DNA from: Sterolibacterium sp.
Lineage (GTDB): Bacteria; Pseudomonadota; Gammaproteobacteria; Burkholderiales; Rhodocyclaceae
Reading direction: 5' to 3'
Assembly (NCBI GenBank): GCA_041674465.1
Contig: JBAYVV010000002.1
Coordinates: 594 to 64,593, forward strand
Length of the DNA: 64,000 nt
Shown: one piece after another, positions 30,812 through 39,804 of the stretch
Layout: the number at the start of each line of letters is the position of its first letter
Numbering within the stretch: the stretch's first letter is position 1
Notes under the pieces: model-generated
The model's input: the letters and a program-made list of their open reading frames with translations, nothing else
What the model was told of the DNA's origin: nothing
Databases searched by the model: none
Position numbers and translations under genes: made by a program

Positions 30812-31965
30812 ACTCGCCGCAAACCGCAACTGACGACACCAACATTACCTCAGGCAAGCGCCGCCGCGTCATGATGAGCATCGCCAGTGTTTTTCTCTTG
30901 CTGGGTTTTGGCTTCACCCTCTACTGGCTGCTGGTGTCACGCCATTACGAGGACACCGACAACGCCTATGTGCAAGGCAATGTGGTGCAGGTGACGCCGC
31001 AAATCGCCGGCACTGTCGTCAGGATCCACGCCGATGACACCGACCTGGTCAAGGCCGGCCAGGTCTTGATCAGCCTCGATCCCGCCGATGCCCGGGTTGC
31101 GGCGGAGCAAGCCGAAGCGCAACTGGCGCAAACGGTGCGGGAAGTACGCACGCTCTACACTACGCAGTCGCAGTCCGCCGCAGTGCTGACGCAGCGCCAG
31201 GCCGAACTGGCGCGCACCGAAGACGACCTGACCCACAGGCGCAACCTGGCCGGCACGGGCGCCGTCTCGGGCGAAGAATTGCGTCATGCCGAAGCGTCTC
31301 TCAATGTGGCACGCGCAGCGGTGACAGCCGCCCGCGAACAACTCGCCTCGGGCCGAGCACTGACCGAAGGCAGCAGCGTCCGTGACCATCCCAACGTCAT
31401 GCGCGCCGCCGCCCGCCTGCATGAGGCCCTGCTCGCCCAGCAGCGCACCGCACTGCTCGCACCGGTCAGCGGCCAGGTGGCCAAACGCAATGTTCAGGTG
31501 GGTCAGCGCATCAACCCCGGTGCGCCGTTGATGGCCATCGTTCCGCTCGACCGGCTGTGGGTGGACGCCAATTTCAAGGAAGCCCAACTGCGCAACATGC
31601 GCGTCGGCCAGGTCGTCAAATTGACGTCCGATCTGTATGGCAGCGATGTGCAATACACCGGCAAGGTGTTGGGACTGGCCGCCGGCACGGGCGGGGCTTT
31701 CGCGCTGCTGCCCGCGCAGAATGCCTCCGGCAACTGGATCAAGGTGGTGCAGCGAGTGCCGGTGCGAATCGCGCTCGAACCGCAGCAATTGACCGAGCAC
31801 CCCTTGCGCATCGGCTTGTCGATGCACGTCGAGGTCGACCTGCATGAGCAGGCCGGCTTGCCGCTAGCCGCAGCGCGCGAGGCAACCGGCTACAGCAGTG
31901 AAAGTCCGCCCGACGACAAGACGCTGGCGCGCATCCAGGCCGTCATTGCCGCCAACCTGAAGTGA
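30808..31965 (+). CDS. HlyD/EmrA-family membrane fusion protein
   Basis: 385 aa with an N-terminal TM, YEDTDNAYVQGNVVQVTPQIAG, a coiled-coil middle and C-terminal NWIKVVQRVPVRI. Confidence 0.85.
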   Translation: MNSPQTATDDTNITSGKRRRVMMSIASVFLLLGFGFTLYWLLVSRHYEDTDNAYVQGNVVQVTPQIAGTVVRIHADDTDLVKAGQVLISLDPADARVAAEQAEAQLAQTVREVRTLYTTQSQSAAVLTQRQAELARTEDDLTHRRNLAGTGAVSGEELRHAEASLNVARAAVTAAREQLASGRALTEGSSVRDHPNVMRAAARLHEALLAQQRTALLAPVSGQVAKRNVQVGQRINPGAPLMAIVPLDRLWVDANFKEAQLRNMRVGQVVKLTSDLYGSDVQYTGKVLGLAAGTGGAFALLPAQNASGNWIKVVQRVPVRIALEPQQLTEHPLRIGLSMHVEVDLHEQAGLPLAAAREATGYSSESPPDDKTLARIQAVIAANLK

Positions 31966-33515
31966 CTCAAGCTTCTGCGCTTCCCAAGGCACCGCTGGAG
32001 CCGCTGCATGGCCCGGCGCTGGTACTGCTGACGGTAGCCGCAGCGATGTCCACCTTCATGGAGATCCTCGACATCACCATCGCCAATGTCTCGGTGCCAA
32101 CAATTGCCGGCGCGCTGGGCGTGTCGACCAACCAGGGCACCTGGATCATCAGCGCTTACTCGGTCGCCGCGGCCGTAGCCATCCCGCTCACCGGCTGGCT
32201 CGCCCGCCGCCTCGGCGAGGCACGTTTATTCGTGTATTCGGTGCTGGCATTCACCTTCATGTCCACCTGCGCGGCGTTCTCGCAGAACTTCTTCACGCTG
32301 GTCGGCTTCCGCCTGCTGCAGGGCTTTGTCTCCGGTCCCATGGTGCCCTTGTCGCAAACCCTGCTGGTGCGCTGCTATCCTCCGGAAAAACGCGGCGTGG
32401 CAATGGGGCTGTGGGCCATCACGGTGATTCTCGCCCCTATCTGCGGCCCCTTGCTGGGTGGCTATATCAGCGACAATTATCACTGGTCGTGGATTTTCCT
32501 GATCAACATTCCGATCGGGCTGTTTGGTGCCATCAGCATCGCCATCCTGATGCGGCACCGTGATTCCGTCATCACCCGTGTCCCGCTCGATCGCATCGGC
32601 CTGGCCCTGATGATGGGCGGCATCGGCTGCCTGCAGCTGATGCTGGAAATCGGCAAGGATTACGACTGGTTCGCCTCGAATTTCATCACGGCCCTCGGCG
32701 TGACTGCCCTGGTCTCGCTGACCTTTTTCATCGCCTGGACCTGGCTCTCGGAACATCCCATCGTCGACCTGCATCTGTTTCGCGAAGTGAATTTCCGTTA
32801 CGGCGTGATCCTGCTCTCGATCGGCTTCATGACTTATTTCGCCTCGGCCGTCATCTTCCCGCTCTGGCTGCAGACCGTGATGGGCTACACCGCGGCGCAG
32901 GCCGGCATGGCGTACGCACCGGTAGGCGTGTTCACCTTGCTGCTCTCGCCCATCATCGGCCGCAATATCGCGCGCCTCAATCTGCGTGTTCTCGCCACGT
33001 GCGCCTTCCTCATCATGGGTGCGGTATCGCTGTGGAATGGCTTCATGACACTCGACGTCACCTTCTGGGACGTAATCAGTCCGCGTCTGGTGCAGGGCAT
33101 CGGCCTGGCCTCTTTCTTTCTGCCGGTGCAGGCGCTGATGCTCTCCCGCATCACGCCCGACCACATGGCCGCCGCGTCAGGCCTCTCGAACTTTCTGCGC
33201 ACGCTCGGCGCTGCCATCGGTACCGCGGTCAGCGTCACGGCCTGGGAACACCTGGCGCTGGAGAGCCGCGCCCGGCTGGCGGAAAACATCAGCAGCTACA
33301 ATCCGGTCAGTACCCTGTACATCGAGCGTCTGCAAGACGCCGGCCTGAGCAGCGAGCAATCCTACGCCGCGATCGAGCGCACGCTTTTCGCGCAAAGCTA
33401 CATGGTCGCCACGAATCAGTTTTTCCTCTACAGCGCGGTTGTGTTCTTCCTGCTGACCGGCGTGGTCTGGCTGACCCGGCCGCGCCAGGGCGCCGGCATC
33501 AGCATGGGGCACTAG
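31962..33515 (+). CDS. DHA2-family MFS multidrug export protein (EmrB/QacA type, 14-TM class)
   Basis: 517 aa. LDITIANVSVPTIAG near the N-terminus is typical of EmrB. GTG start overlaps the emrA-like stop. Confidence 0.85.
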   Translation: MTQASALPKAPLEPLHGPALVLLTVAAAMSTFMEILDITIANVSVPTIAGALGVSTNQGTWIISAYSVAAAVAIPLTGWLARRLGEARLFVYSVLAFTFMSTCAAFSQNFFTLVGFRLLQGFVSGPMVPLSQTLLVRCYPPEKRGVAMGLWAITVILAPICGPLLGGYISDNYHWSWIFLINIPIGLFGAISIAILMRHRDSVITRVPLDRIGLALMMGGIGCLQLMLEIGKDYDWFASNFITALGVTALVSLTFFIAWTWLSEHPIVDLHLFREVNFRYGVILLSIGFMTYFASAVIFPLWLQTVMGYTAAQAGMAYAPVGVFTLLLSPIIGRNIARLNLRVLATCAFLIMGAVSLWNGFMTLDVTFWDVISPRLVQGIGLASFFLPVQALMLSRITPDHMAAASGLSNFLRTLGAAIGTAVSVTAWEHLALESRARLAENISSYNPVSTLYIERLQDAGLSSEQSYAAIERTLFAQSYMVATNQFFLYSAVVFFLLTGVVWLTRPRQGAGISMGH

Positions 33516-33518
33516 ACA

Positions 33519-33920
33519 TTAGTGCTTCGCTGCAGCGGGCGCTGCGGCAGATTTTGGAGAAGCAGCATCCTTGGATTTGTCTGCGGCCGACGACTTGCCA
33601 TCGCCGGACTTTGTATCGCCGGACTTCCCATCAGCTGATTTACCCTCTTTACCCTCTCCCGGGCGCTCGGAGGTTTCGATCTTGTTCTCGCGCATGTAGC
33701 CGTCCATGTCGCGCCAGCCATTGAATATGGCAGCTTTCTGGTACTTCGGATTGAGCGCGTAGCACTCCTCGAGAACGCGGCCGGTTTGCCTGCAGGCATT
33801 GCCGATGGCTCGGCCATCGGCTTCCCGCGCCGCGGCGATCTTGGCCTGGTCGTCGAGGCCAAGCTGTTCGCAGGCGGCCAAGGCCAGCGGAATGAGCAGC
33901 AGAGGCAAACGTAATTGCAT
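33519..33920 (-). CDS. Hypothetical lipoprotein with a Lys/Ser/Gly/Asp-rich low-complexity C-terminus
   Basis: Signal peptide plus lipobox (LLLIPLALAAC) when started at MQLRLP (33918-33920). The tail reads GKSADGKSGDTKSGDGKSSAADKSKD. Confidence 0.6.
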   Translation of the reverse strand: MQLRLPLLLIPLALAACEQLGLDDQAKIAAAREADGRAIGNACRQTGRVLEECYALNPKYQKAAIFNGWRDMDGYMRENKIETSERPGEGKEGKSADGKSGDTKSGDGKSSAADKSKDAASPKSAAAPAAAKH

Positions 33921-33975
33921 GACTATCCGCAGAATCGCTCTCAAAACAGGTAGGCGGATTCTACGTGAAATTGAA

Positions 33976-34383
33976 TCAATCCGGATCGGGGACAACAGCG
34001 GTGGCTTCGATTTCCACCTTGGCCTCGTCTTCGACCAGGGCGGCCACCTGCACCAGCGCCATGGCGGGGAAATTGCGTCCCATCACCTCGCGATACGCCG
34101 CGCCGATCTGCTTGACCTGCGCCAGGTATTCGCGCTTGTCGGTGACGTACCAGGTCAGCCGCACGATATGTTCCGGACCCGCCCCTCCTTCAGCAAGCAC
34201 TTCGACGATATTGCGTAGCGCCTGCCGCACCTGGCTGGTCAGATCGGCACCGGCGAAACGGCACTGGTTGTCCCATCCGATGATGCCACCGGTGAATACC
34301 ATGGCGCCCCTGGCCTTGATCCCGTTGGAATAGCCGATCGGCTTGGCCCAGTGGGGCGGCTGCAAAATCTGATTCATCATCAA
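33976..34383 (-). CDS. RidA/YjgF-family protein
   Basis: 135 aa with a YjgF-like core (PIGYSNG, GGIIGWD, AMALVQVAALVEDEAKVEIEATAVV). Overlaps the MarR stop. Confidence 0.8.
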   Translation of the reverse strand: MMMNQILQPPHWAKPIGYSNGIKARGAMVFTGGIIGWDNQCRFAGADLTSQVRQALRNIVEVLAEGGAGPEHIVRLTWYVTDKREYLAQVKQIGAAYREVMGRNFPAMALVQVAALVEDEAKVEIEATAVVPDPD

Positions 34384-34886
34384 TAACCCTCTACAGGCAA
34401 GGAAGAAACATGCGACTTGAGCTTGGCCAGCAGCTGATAGAGCTGCTCGTTCTCTTTTTCACTGAGATGCCCGAGCAGATCGACGATCCACTTTTCATGC
34501 GCAGCGGCCATTTTCATGAAGGCCTTGCGGCCCTCCGCAGTCAGCTTGACGTTGTAGGCACGGCGGTCTTTCGGGTTGTCCTGACGCACCACCAGGCCTT
34601 CTGCGACCAGTTGATCCGTGATGCCCGTGACATTGCCGCCGGTAACCATCATGCGCTTCGACAGCTCGCCCATTTTCATGCCGTCCGGCGCACGCTCGAG
34701 TTGCGCCATCAGGTCGAAGCGCGGCAGCGTGATGCTGAACTGGTTGCGCAGCCGGGTTCTGATCTCGCCTTCGATCAGGTTGGTGCATGCCAGCATGCGC
34801 AGCCACAGGCGCAGTTCCTGGGCATGGCTACTGGTCGCACGGGTTTCGGTATCCGACGGCGCTGCAACAGTTTTTTTCTTGCTCAT
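34380..34886 (-). CDS. MarR-family transcriptional regulator
   Basis: Winged-helix region (LPRFDLMAQLERAPDGMKMGELSKRMMVTGGNVTGITDQLVAEGLVVR...DRRAYNVKLT). ATG at 34884-34886 has a GGGGAA SD and is preferred over the upstream TTG. Confidence 0.85.
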   Translation of the reverse strand: MSKKKTVAAPSDTETRATSSHAQELRLWLRMLACTNLIEGEIRTRLRNQFSITLPRFDLMAQLERAPDGMKMGELSKRMMVTGGNVTGITDQLVAEGLVVRQDNPKDRRAYNVKLTAEGRKAFMKMAAAHEKWIVDLLGHLSEKENEQLYQLLAKLKSHVSSLPVEGY

Positions 34887-34920
34887 GGCGTGTTTCCCCA
34901 AAAAAAAGCCGCGTGGAAGT

Positions 34921-37203
34921 TCAGGCGTTCAAGACGAGTTGCGCGGCTCGAGCCAGGTTGCGCTCGAGCTGATCCTTGCCGCTCAGGTACTGCGGCGGCC
35001 AGGCGACCGTGTTGTAGCACTGCTGTGCCGCTGCATGGAGAGTCCAGGCCGGATCGGCCAGGTGCGGGCGGGCAATTGCGCAGAGATCGGCACGGCCGGC
35101 GGCGACAATGCTATTCACATGGTCGGCCTCGAAGATATTGCCGACGGCAATGGTGGCGATGCCGACTTCGTTGCGGATGCGGTCGGCGAACGGCGTCTGG
35201 TACATGCGGCCATACACCGGCTTGGCGGCGCGCGTGGTCTGGCCGGAGGAGACGTCGATCAGGTCGGCGCCCGCAGCCTTGAAGAGCCGGGCCATGGCCA
35301 CGGCATCGTCGGGCGTGTTGCCGCCGGGCGCCCAGTCATGCGCCGAGATACGCACCGACAGGGGCTTGCCGGCCGGCCAGGCGGCGCGCACGGCGCGCAG
35401 CACTTCGAGCGGAAAGCGCAGGCGGTTCTCCAGTGTGCCGCCATACTCGTCGCTGCGCTGGTTGGTGAGCGGGCAGATGAAGCTGGACAGGAGGTAACCA
35501 TGGGCGCAATGCAGTTCGAGAAGGTCGAAACCGGCGGTGACGGCACGTTTGGTGGCGGCGACGAAGTCGGCGCAGACGCGATCCATGTCAGCGCGTGTCA
35601 TGGCTTTCGGTACCTGGTTCTGCGGACCGTAGGCCACCGCCGAAGCCGCCAGCAACGGCCAGTTGCCCTGCGGCAGAGGCTCGTCGATGGCTTGCCAGCC
35701 CAGTTGGGTCGAACCCTTCGGACCGGAGTGGCCGAGCTGGACGCCGACCTTGGCGTCGGAATTCTGATGCACGAAATTGACGATGCGCTGCCAGCCTGCA
35801 GTCTGCTGGTCGGTCCAGATGCCGGCGCAGCCCGGGGTGATGCGCCCTTCCGGCGCGACGCAGGTCATTTCCGTCATGACCAGGCCGGCACCACCGAGCG
35901 CGCGGCTGCCGAGGTGTACCAGAAGGAAATCGCCGGGCATGCCGTCCTGGCAGGAATACATCGCCATGGGCGAGACGACAACGCGATTTTTCAGCGTCAG
36001 GCCGCCCACCGTGTAGGGCGTGAACATCGGCGGCAGCGGTTGGGCCGGCAAGCCCTGCTGCTGCGCGTACCAGGTTTCGACACCCTCGACATAGGACTTG
36101 TCGCGCAGCTTGAGGTTCTCGTGGCCGATGCGCTGACTGCCCGTCAAGAGCGTGTAGGCGAACTGCTCGGGCGGCAGGTGCGTGTAGCGTGCGACGTTCT
36201 CGAACCACTCCATGCGGTTGCGCGCCGCGCTTTGCAGCTTGAGCGCCTCGAGTTCGCGCTCCTGCTGATACAACTCCAGCGCCAGCTCCACATTGGTCGG
36301 ATTGGCCGTCACGGTCTTGCTCAGGGCGATGGCGTCCTCCATCGCCAGCTTGGTGCCGGAACCGATGGAGAAATGCGCGGTGTGCGCCGCATCGCCGATC
36401 AGCACAATGTTATTGTGATGCCAGCGGTGGCACAGCACGCGGTTGAAATTCAGCCAGGCCGAGCCGCGCAAATGGCGCGCATTGCTCATCAGCTTGTTGC
36501 CCTTGAGATACTTGGCGAACAGCTTTTCGCAGAAAGCGATGGAAGCATCCTGGTCAGCCTTGTCGAGGCCGGCGGCGAGCCATGTCTCCTCGCGACACTC
36601 GACGATGAAGGTGCTGGTGTCCTTGTCGAACTGGTAGGCATGCACCTGGAACCAGCCCCATTCGGTGGCTTCGGTGATGAAGGTGAAGGCATTCAGCTTG
36701 AGGTGGGTGCCAAGCCAGATGTAGCGGCACTTGCGCACCTCGATGTCGGGCTGGAAATGCTCGGCGTATTTGTTGCGGATCAGGCTGTTGACACCATCTG
36801 CCGCCACGATCAGGTCGGCGTCGGCGAACTGGGCGTCGTCCGTGACGTTGCTCTCGAACACCTGCTTGACACCGAGTTCCGCAGCACGCGCCTGGAGGAT
36901 GTTGAGCAGACGCTTGCGGCCGATGCCGCAGAAACCGTGGCCACCCGAAACAATCCGCTCCTCCTTGAAGAAAACGTCGCAATCGTCCCAGTGATGGAAG
37001 CTGCGCGCAATCTCATCATAACTTTGCGGGTCGGCCTTGGCGAAATTGCCCAGCGTGGCATCGGAGAAGACCACGCCCCAGCCAAAGGTGTCGTTCGGCA
37101 GGTTACGTTCGTAGATGGTGATGTCGTGGCTCGGGTCGGCTTTCTTCATCAGGATGCTGAAGTAAAGTCCGGCGGGACCACCGCCGAGGCAAGCTATGCG
37201 CAT
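34921..37203 (-). CDS. Bifunctional FAD-dependent aromatic acyl-CoA hydroxylase / Old-Yellow-Enzyme-type NADH:flavin oxidoreductase (salicylyl-CoA 5-hydroxylase or 2-aminobenzoyl-CoA monooxygenase/reductase type)
   Basis: 760 aa. N-terminal half: [12 protein letters not shown] dinucleotide fold and [23 protein letters not shown]-terminal half: OYE motifs ([36 protein letters not shown]). Confidence 0.75.
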   Translation of the reverse strand: MRIACLGGGPAGLYFSILMKKADPSHDITIYERNLPNDTFGWGVVFSDATLGNFAKADPQSYDEIARSFHHWDDCDVFFKEERIVSGGHGFCGIGRKRLLNILQARAAELGVKQVFESNVTDDAQFADADLIVAADGVNSLIRNKYAEHFQPDIEVRKCRYIWLGTHLKLNAFTFITEATEWGWFQVHAYQFDKDTSTFIVECREETWLAAGLDKADQDASIAFCEKLFAKYLKGNKLMSNARHLRGSAWLNFNRVLCHRWHHNNIVLIGDAAHTAHFSIGSGTKLAMEDAIALSKTVTANPTNVELALELYQQERELEALKLQSAARNRMEWFENVARYTHLPPEQFAYTLLTGSQRIGHENLKLRDKSYVEGVETWYAQQQGLPAQPLPPMFTPYTVGGLTLKNRVVVSPMAMYSCQDGMPGDFLLVHLGSRALGGAGLVMTEMTCVAPEGRITPGCAGIWTDQQTAGWQRIVNFVHQNSDAKVGVQLGHSGPKGSTQLGWQAIDEPLPQGNWPLLAASAVAYGPQNQVPKAMTRADMDRVCADFVAATKRAVTAGFDLLELHCAHGYLLSSFICPLTNQRSDEYGGTLENRLRFPLEVLRAVRAAWPAGKPLSVRISAHDWAPGGNTPDDAVAMARLFKAAGADLIDVSSGQTTRAAKPVYGRMYQTPFADRIRNEVGIATIAVGNIFEADHVNSIVAAGRADLCAIARPHLADPAWTLHAAAQQCYNTVAWPPQYLSGKDQLERNLARAAQLVLNA

Positions 37204-37216
37204 GTTGTATTCCTTT

Positions 37217-37246
37217 TTACAAGTGAAATTATATATTCATGTGTAA
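37217..37246. promoter_or_regulatory. AT-rich imperfect palindrome immediately upstream of the hydroxylase-MarR-RidA operon (candidate MarR operator)
   Basis: TTACAAGTGAA-attatata-TTCATGTGTAA, with 9 of 11 positions complementary between arms. It lies 14-43 nt upstream of the hydroxylase ATG. Confidence 0.35.
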
Positions 37247-37358
37247 AATATCATGGCTTGCCCTATTTGGCAAGAGCAACAGGCCTCCCGCAAATCAAAT
37301 GCTGCAAACCACCGAGTAAGATAGCGACCTCGAACCTTGACAACCGTGGAGAGAAAAC

Positions 37359-38627
37359 ATGGCGCAAGCCGGATGGATGTTGCTGCTGCTCCTGGCGCTG
37401 GCCGCCCCGACGCAGGCAGCCGATGAAATCATCCTGCGCCATGCGCTGGCGGGCAAGGCACAGGAAGTACTGACCAGCCTGGTCTTGCGCTTCAACGATA
37501 CCCAGAAAGGCAAGGCGCGCGTCATCCTGCAGGATCTGCGCGGCATCAGCGAACCCGTGCGGCAGGAGTTGCCGCAACTGGCGCTGCTGGATGTCGACGA
37601 CAGCACGGAGTTCTTCGGCAACCGGCCGCGCTTCAAACCCCTTTTTCAAGTCATGGCACAGGCCGGTGAAAAGTTCGATGCGAAACGCCTGTTCCCTCTC
37701 CTCGTCGATGCTGTGGATGATCCGGTCGGGCGCATCCAGGCACTGCCGTTGGGCATGTCGCTGCCGGTGCTGCTATGGAACAAGGAAGCCTACCGCAAGG
37801 CCGGCCTTGATCCCGCAATGCCGGCCAAGACTTGGTGGGAAGTCCAGCAACATGCTGGCAAACTCTTCGACGTCGGCATCAAGTGTCCAGTCACGTCCTC
37901 GCGCTTTGCCTGGGTGCACCTCGAGAATCTGTCTTCACAGCACGGCGAGCCCATCGGCGTAAAGGAAAAGAACGGCGTCACGAAAATCGCCCTGAACCGG
38001 CTTATCGACGTCAAGCACATCGCGCTGCTTTCAAGCTGGTACAAGAGCGCCTACTTCCGCTATTACGGCCCGGGCAATGAATCGGACGAGAAATTCATTT
38101 CCGGCGAATGCGCGATGTATACCGGCCCTTCGAAACTCTATGCCGATGCCGTGCATGCCGGGCTGGCCGTGGGCGTGGCCGAACTGCCCTATTACGACGA
38201 TGTGCGCGGCGCCACGCCGACCAGGCTCTTGCCGGACGGTGCAGGCCTGTGGATCCTCGCCGGCTTCAAGAAAAACGAGTACCAGCTGGCAGCGCGCTTC
38301 GTGAGTTTCCTGCTGCAACCGCAAGCGCAACTCGAATGGGTGCGTGCCACCGGCTACCTGCCGATGACACCGGTCGCCATCGAGATGCTCAAGCGCGCCG
38401 GTGTCGCACCGACCCTGCTGGCGGCAGCAACACGCCGCCTCGCCGAACGTCCGGGATTAACCACGCGCATCAAGTACGGCAGCAACCCTGACCAGATGCG
38501 CGACATCCTCAACGAGGAAATCGCCACGGTCTGGGCCAACACCAAGCCCGCCAAGGAAGCCCTCGACAGCGCCATGCAGCGCCTCAATGGCGGGACCCCC
38601 AGCCTGATTGCCAAACCGGAACGCTGA
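37359..38627 (+). CDS. Periplasmic ABC-transporter substrate-binding protein (family 1, UgpB-like)
   Basis: 422 aa with a signal peptide (MLLLLLALAAPTQAADE) and general SBP-family-1 character. Immediately followed by a glycerophosphodiesterase gene. Confidence 0.7.
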   Translation: MAQAGWMLLLLLALAAPTQAADEIILRHALAGKAQEVLTSLVLRFNDTQKGKARVILQDLRGISEPVRQELPQLALLDVDDSTEFFGNRPRFKPLFQVMAQAGEKFDAKRLFPLLVDAVDDPVGRIQALPLGMSLPVLLWNKEAYRKAGLDPAMPAKTWWEVQQHAGKLFDVGIKCPVTSSRFAWVHLENLSSQHGEPIGVKEKNGVTKIALNRLIDVKHIALLSSWYKSAYFRYYGPGNESDEKFISGECAMYTGPSKLYADAVHAGLAVGVAELPYYDDVRGATPTRLLPDGAGLWILAGFKKNEYQLAARFVSFLLQPQAQLEWVRATGYLPMTPVAIEMLKRAGVAPTLLAAATRRLAERPGLTTRIKYGSNPDQMRDILNEEIATVWANTKPAKEALDSAMQRLNGGTPSLIAKPER

Positions 38628-38630
38628 ACC

Positions 38631-39368
38631 GTGGATTGGCGCTACCCGCGTTACATCGCACATCGCGGCGGCGGCGCCCTGGCACCCGAGAACACTCTGG
38701 CCGGCATCCGGCTCGCAGCCCGCCTGGGCTTCCGTGCCATCGAATTCGACGTGATGCTGAGCGCCGACGGCGTGCCGGTGCTGTTCCACGACGAGACCCT
38801 GGAGCGCACCACCGACGGCCGCGGCAAGCTTGCAGAACACACGCTGGCGCAGTTGCGCAAACTTGATGCGGGCAGCAAGCACCACCCTGCCTTCGCCGGC
38901 GAGTCCATCCCGACGCTCGATGAAGCTCTGGTCTTATGCCGCAAACTGAACCTGGCTGCCAACATCGAACTCAAGCCCAGTCCGGGTACCGAGCATGGCA
39001 CCGGATTGGCAGTCACCCGACAAACTCAGGAAGTGTCGATCAGATGGCCGCAACTTTCACTGCTGCTCTCATCGTTCTCCAAAACTGCACTGGCTGCTGC
39101 GCGGAAAGTCGCAGATGAGTTGCCGCGCGCCCTGCTGGTGAAGGAAATTTCTGACGATTGGCAGACACACCAGGAGAAACTCGGCTGCCAGGCACTGCAT
39201 TGCGCAGCGGAACATTTCCATCCCGAGCGAGCCGCTGCGATTGATGCTGCCGGCTATGCGCTGGCCTGCTATACCGTCAATCGGGAAGAGCAGGCCAATC
39301 AGTTCTTCGCCGCAGGTGTGAGCGCCATTTTTACCGACCGCCTCGACCTGTTCGCACCGCACCTGTAG
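38631..39368 (+). CDS. ugpQ: Glycerophosphodiester phosphodiesterase (UgpQ-like)
   Basis: 245 aa with GDPD motifs (IAHRGGGALAPENT, IEFDVMLSADGVPVLFHDETLERTTDG, NIELK). GTG start. Confidence 0.8.
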   Translation: MDWRYPRYIAHRGGGALAPENTLAGIRLAARLGFRAIEFDVMLSADGVPVLFHDETLERTTDGRGKLAEHTLAQLRKLDAGSKHHPAFAGESIPTLDEALVLCRKLNLAANIELKPSPGTEHGTGLAVTRQTQEVSIRWPQLSLLLSSFSKTALAAARKVADELPRALLVKEISDDWQTHQEKLGCQALHCAAEHFHPERAAAIDAAGYALACYTVNREEQANQFFAAGVSAIFTDRLDLFAPHL

Positions 39369-39480
39369 CGCCCCCTCCCTCGACTTCGTCTGCTTGATGT
39401 TTTTGACGCGCCACGGCGTGCCAGCGCATGCTGCACAGCACAAAATCGCCCGGATTTGAAGCTCTATCTACTAAACTACC

Positions 39481-39660
39481 AGGCAAAAAGCGAATGAAAT
39501 TATGCATTTGGCATCCTAATTCCATACGAATGCAATAGCCATTAACCCCATGTAATCAAATATCTGTTGACATGCCATATAAATTGTTTCAAATTGCGTG
39601 CGTTTTATCACTAAACAGTTTATATTTAAGTTGCTGAAATACGTATTGTAGATACTTAAA
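39481..39660. promoter_or_regulatory. Strongly AT-rich leader/promoter region upstream of the giant adhesin gene
   Basis: Hand count of G+C in three consecutive 60-nt blocks: 23, 19 and 15 (57/180, about 32%), in an otherwise high-GC window. Contains a perfect TTGACA hexamer (39567-39572). Confidence 0.45.
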
Positions 39661-39804
39661 GGTGTTGGCGCCATGAAAAAGACCCGCTCAGTCGCTTGCA
39701 CTTTCCCACTCTCCGACTGAGGCCCCCGAATGCCATTTGAGTCCTCGCAACAGTTCTCAAATTTCTTGACTTAAAACTGAACAGAATTCCCGAAAGGATC
39801 GATC

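Noticed and set aside
39509-39524. A sigma54-like element, TGGCAT-N5-TTCCA, in the adhesin leader.
   Set aside because: The critical -12 GC dinucleotide is missing (TTCC instead of TTGC), and no enhancer-binding protein gene is nearby.
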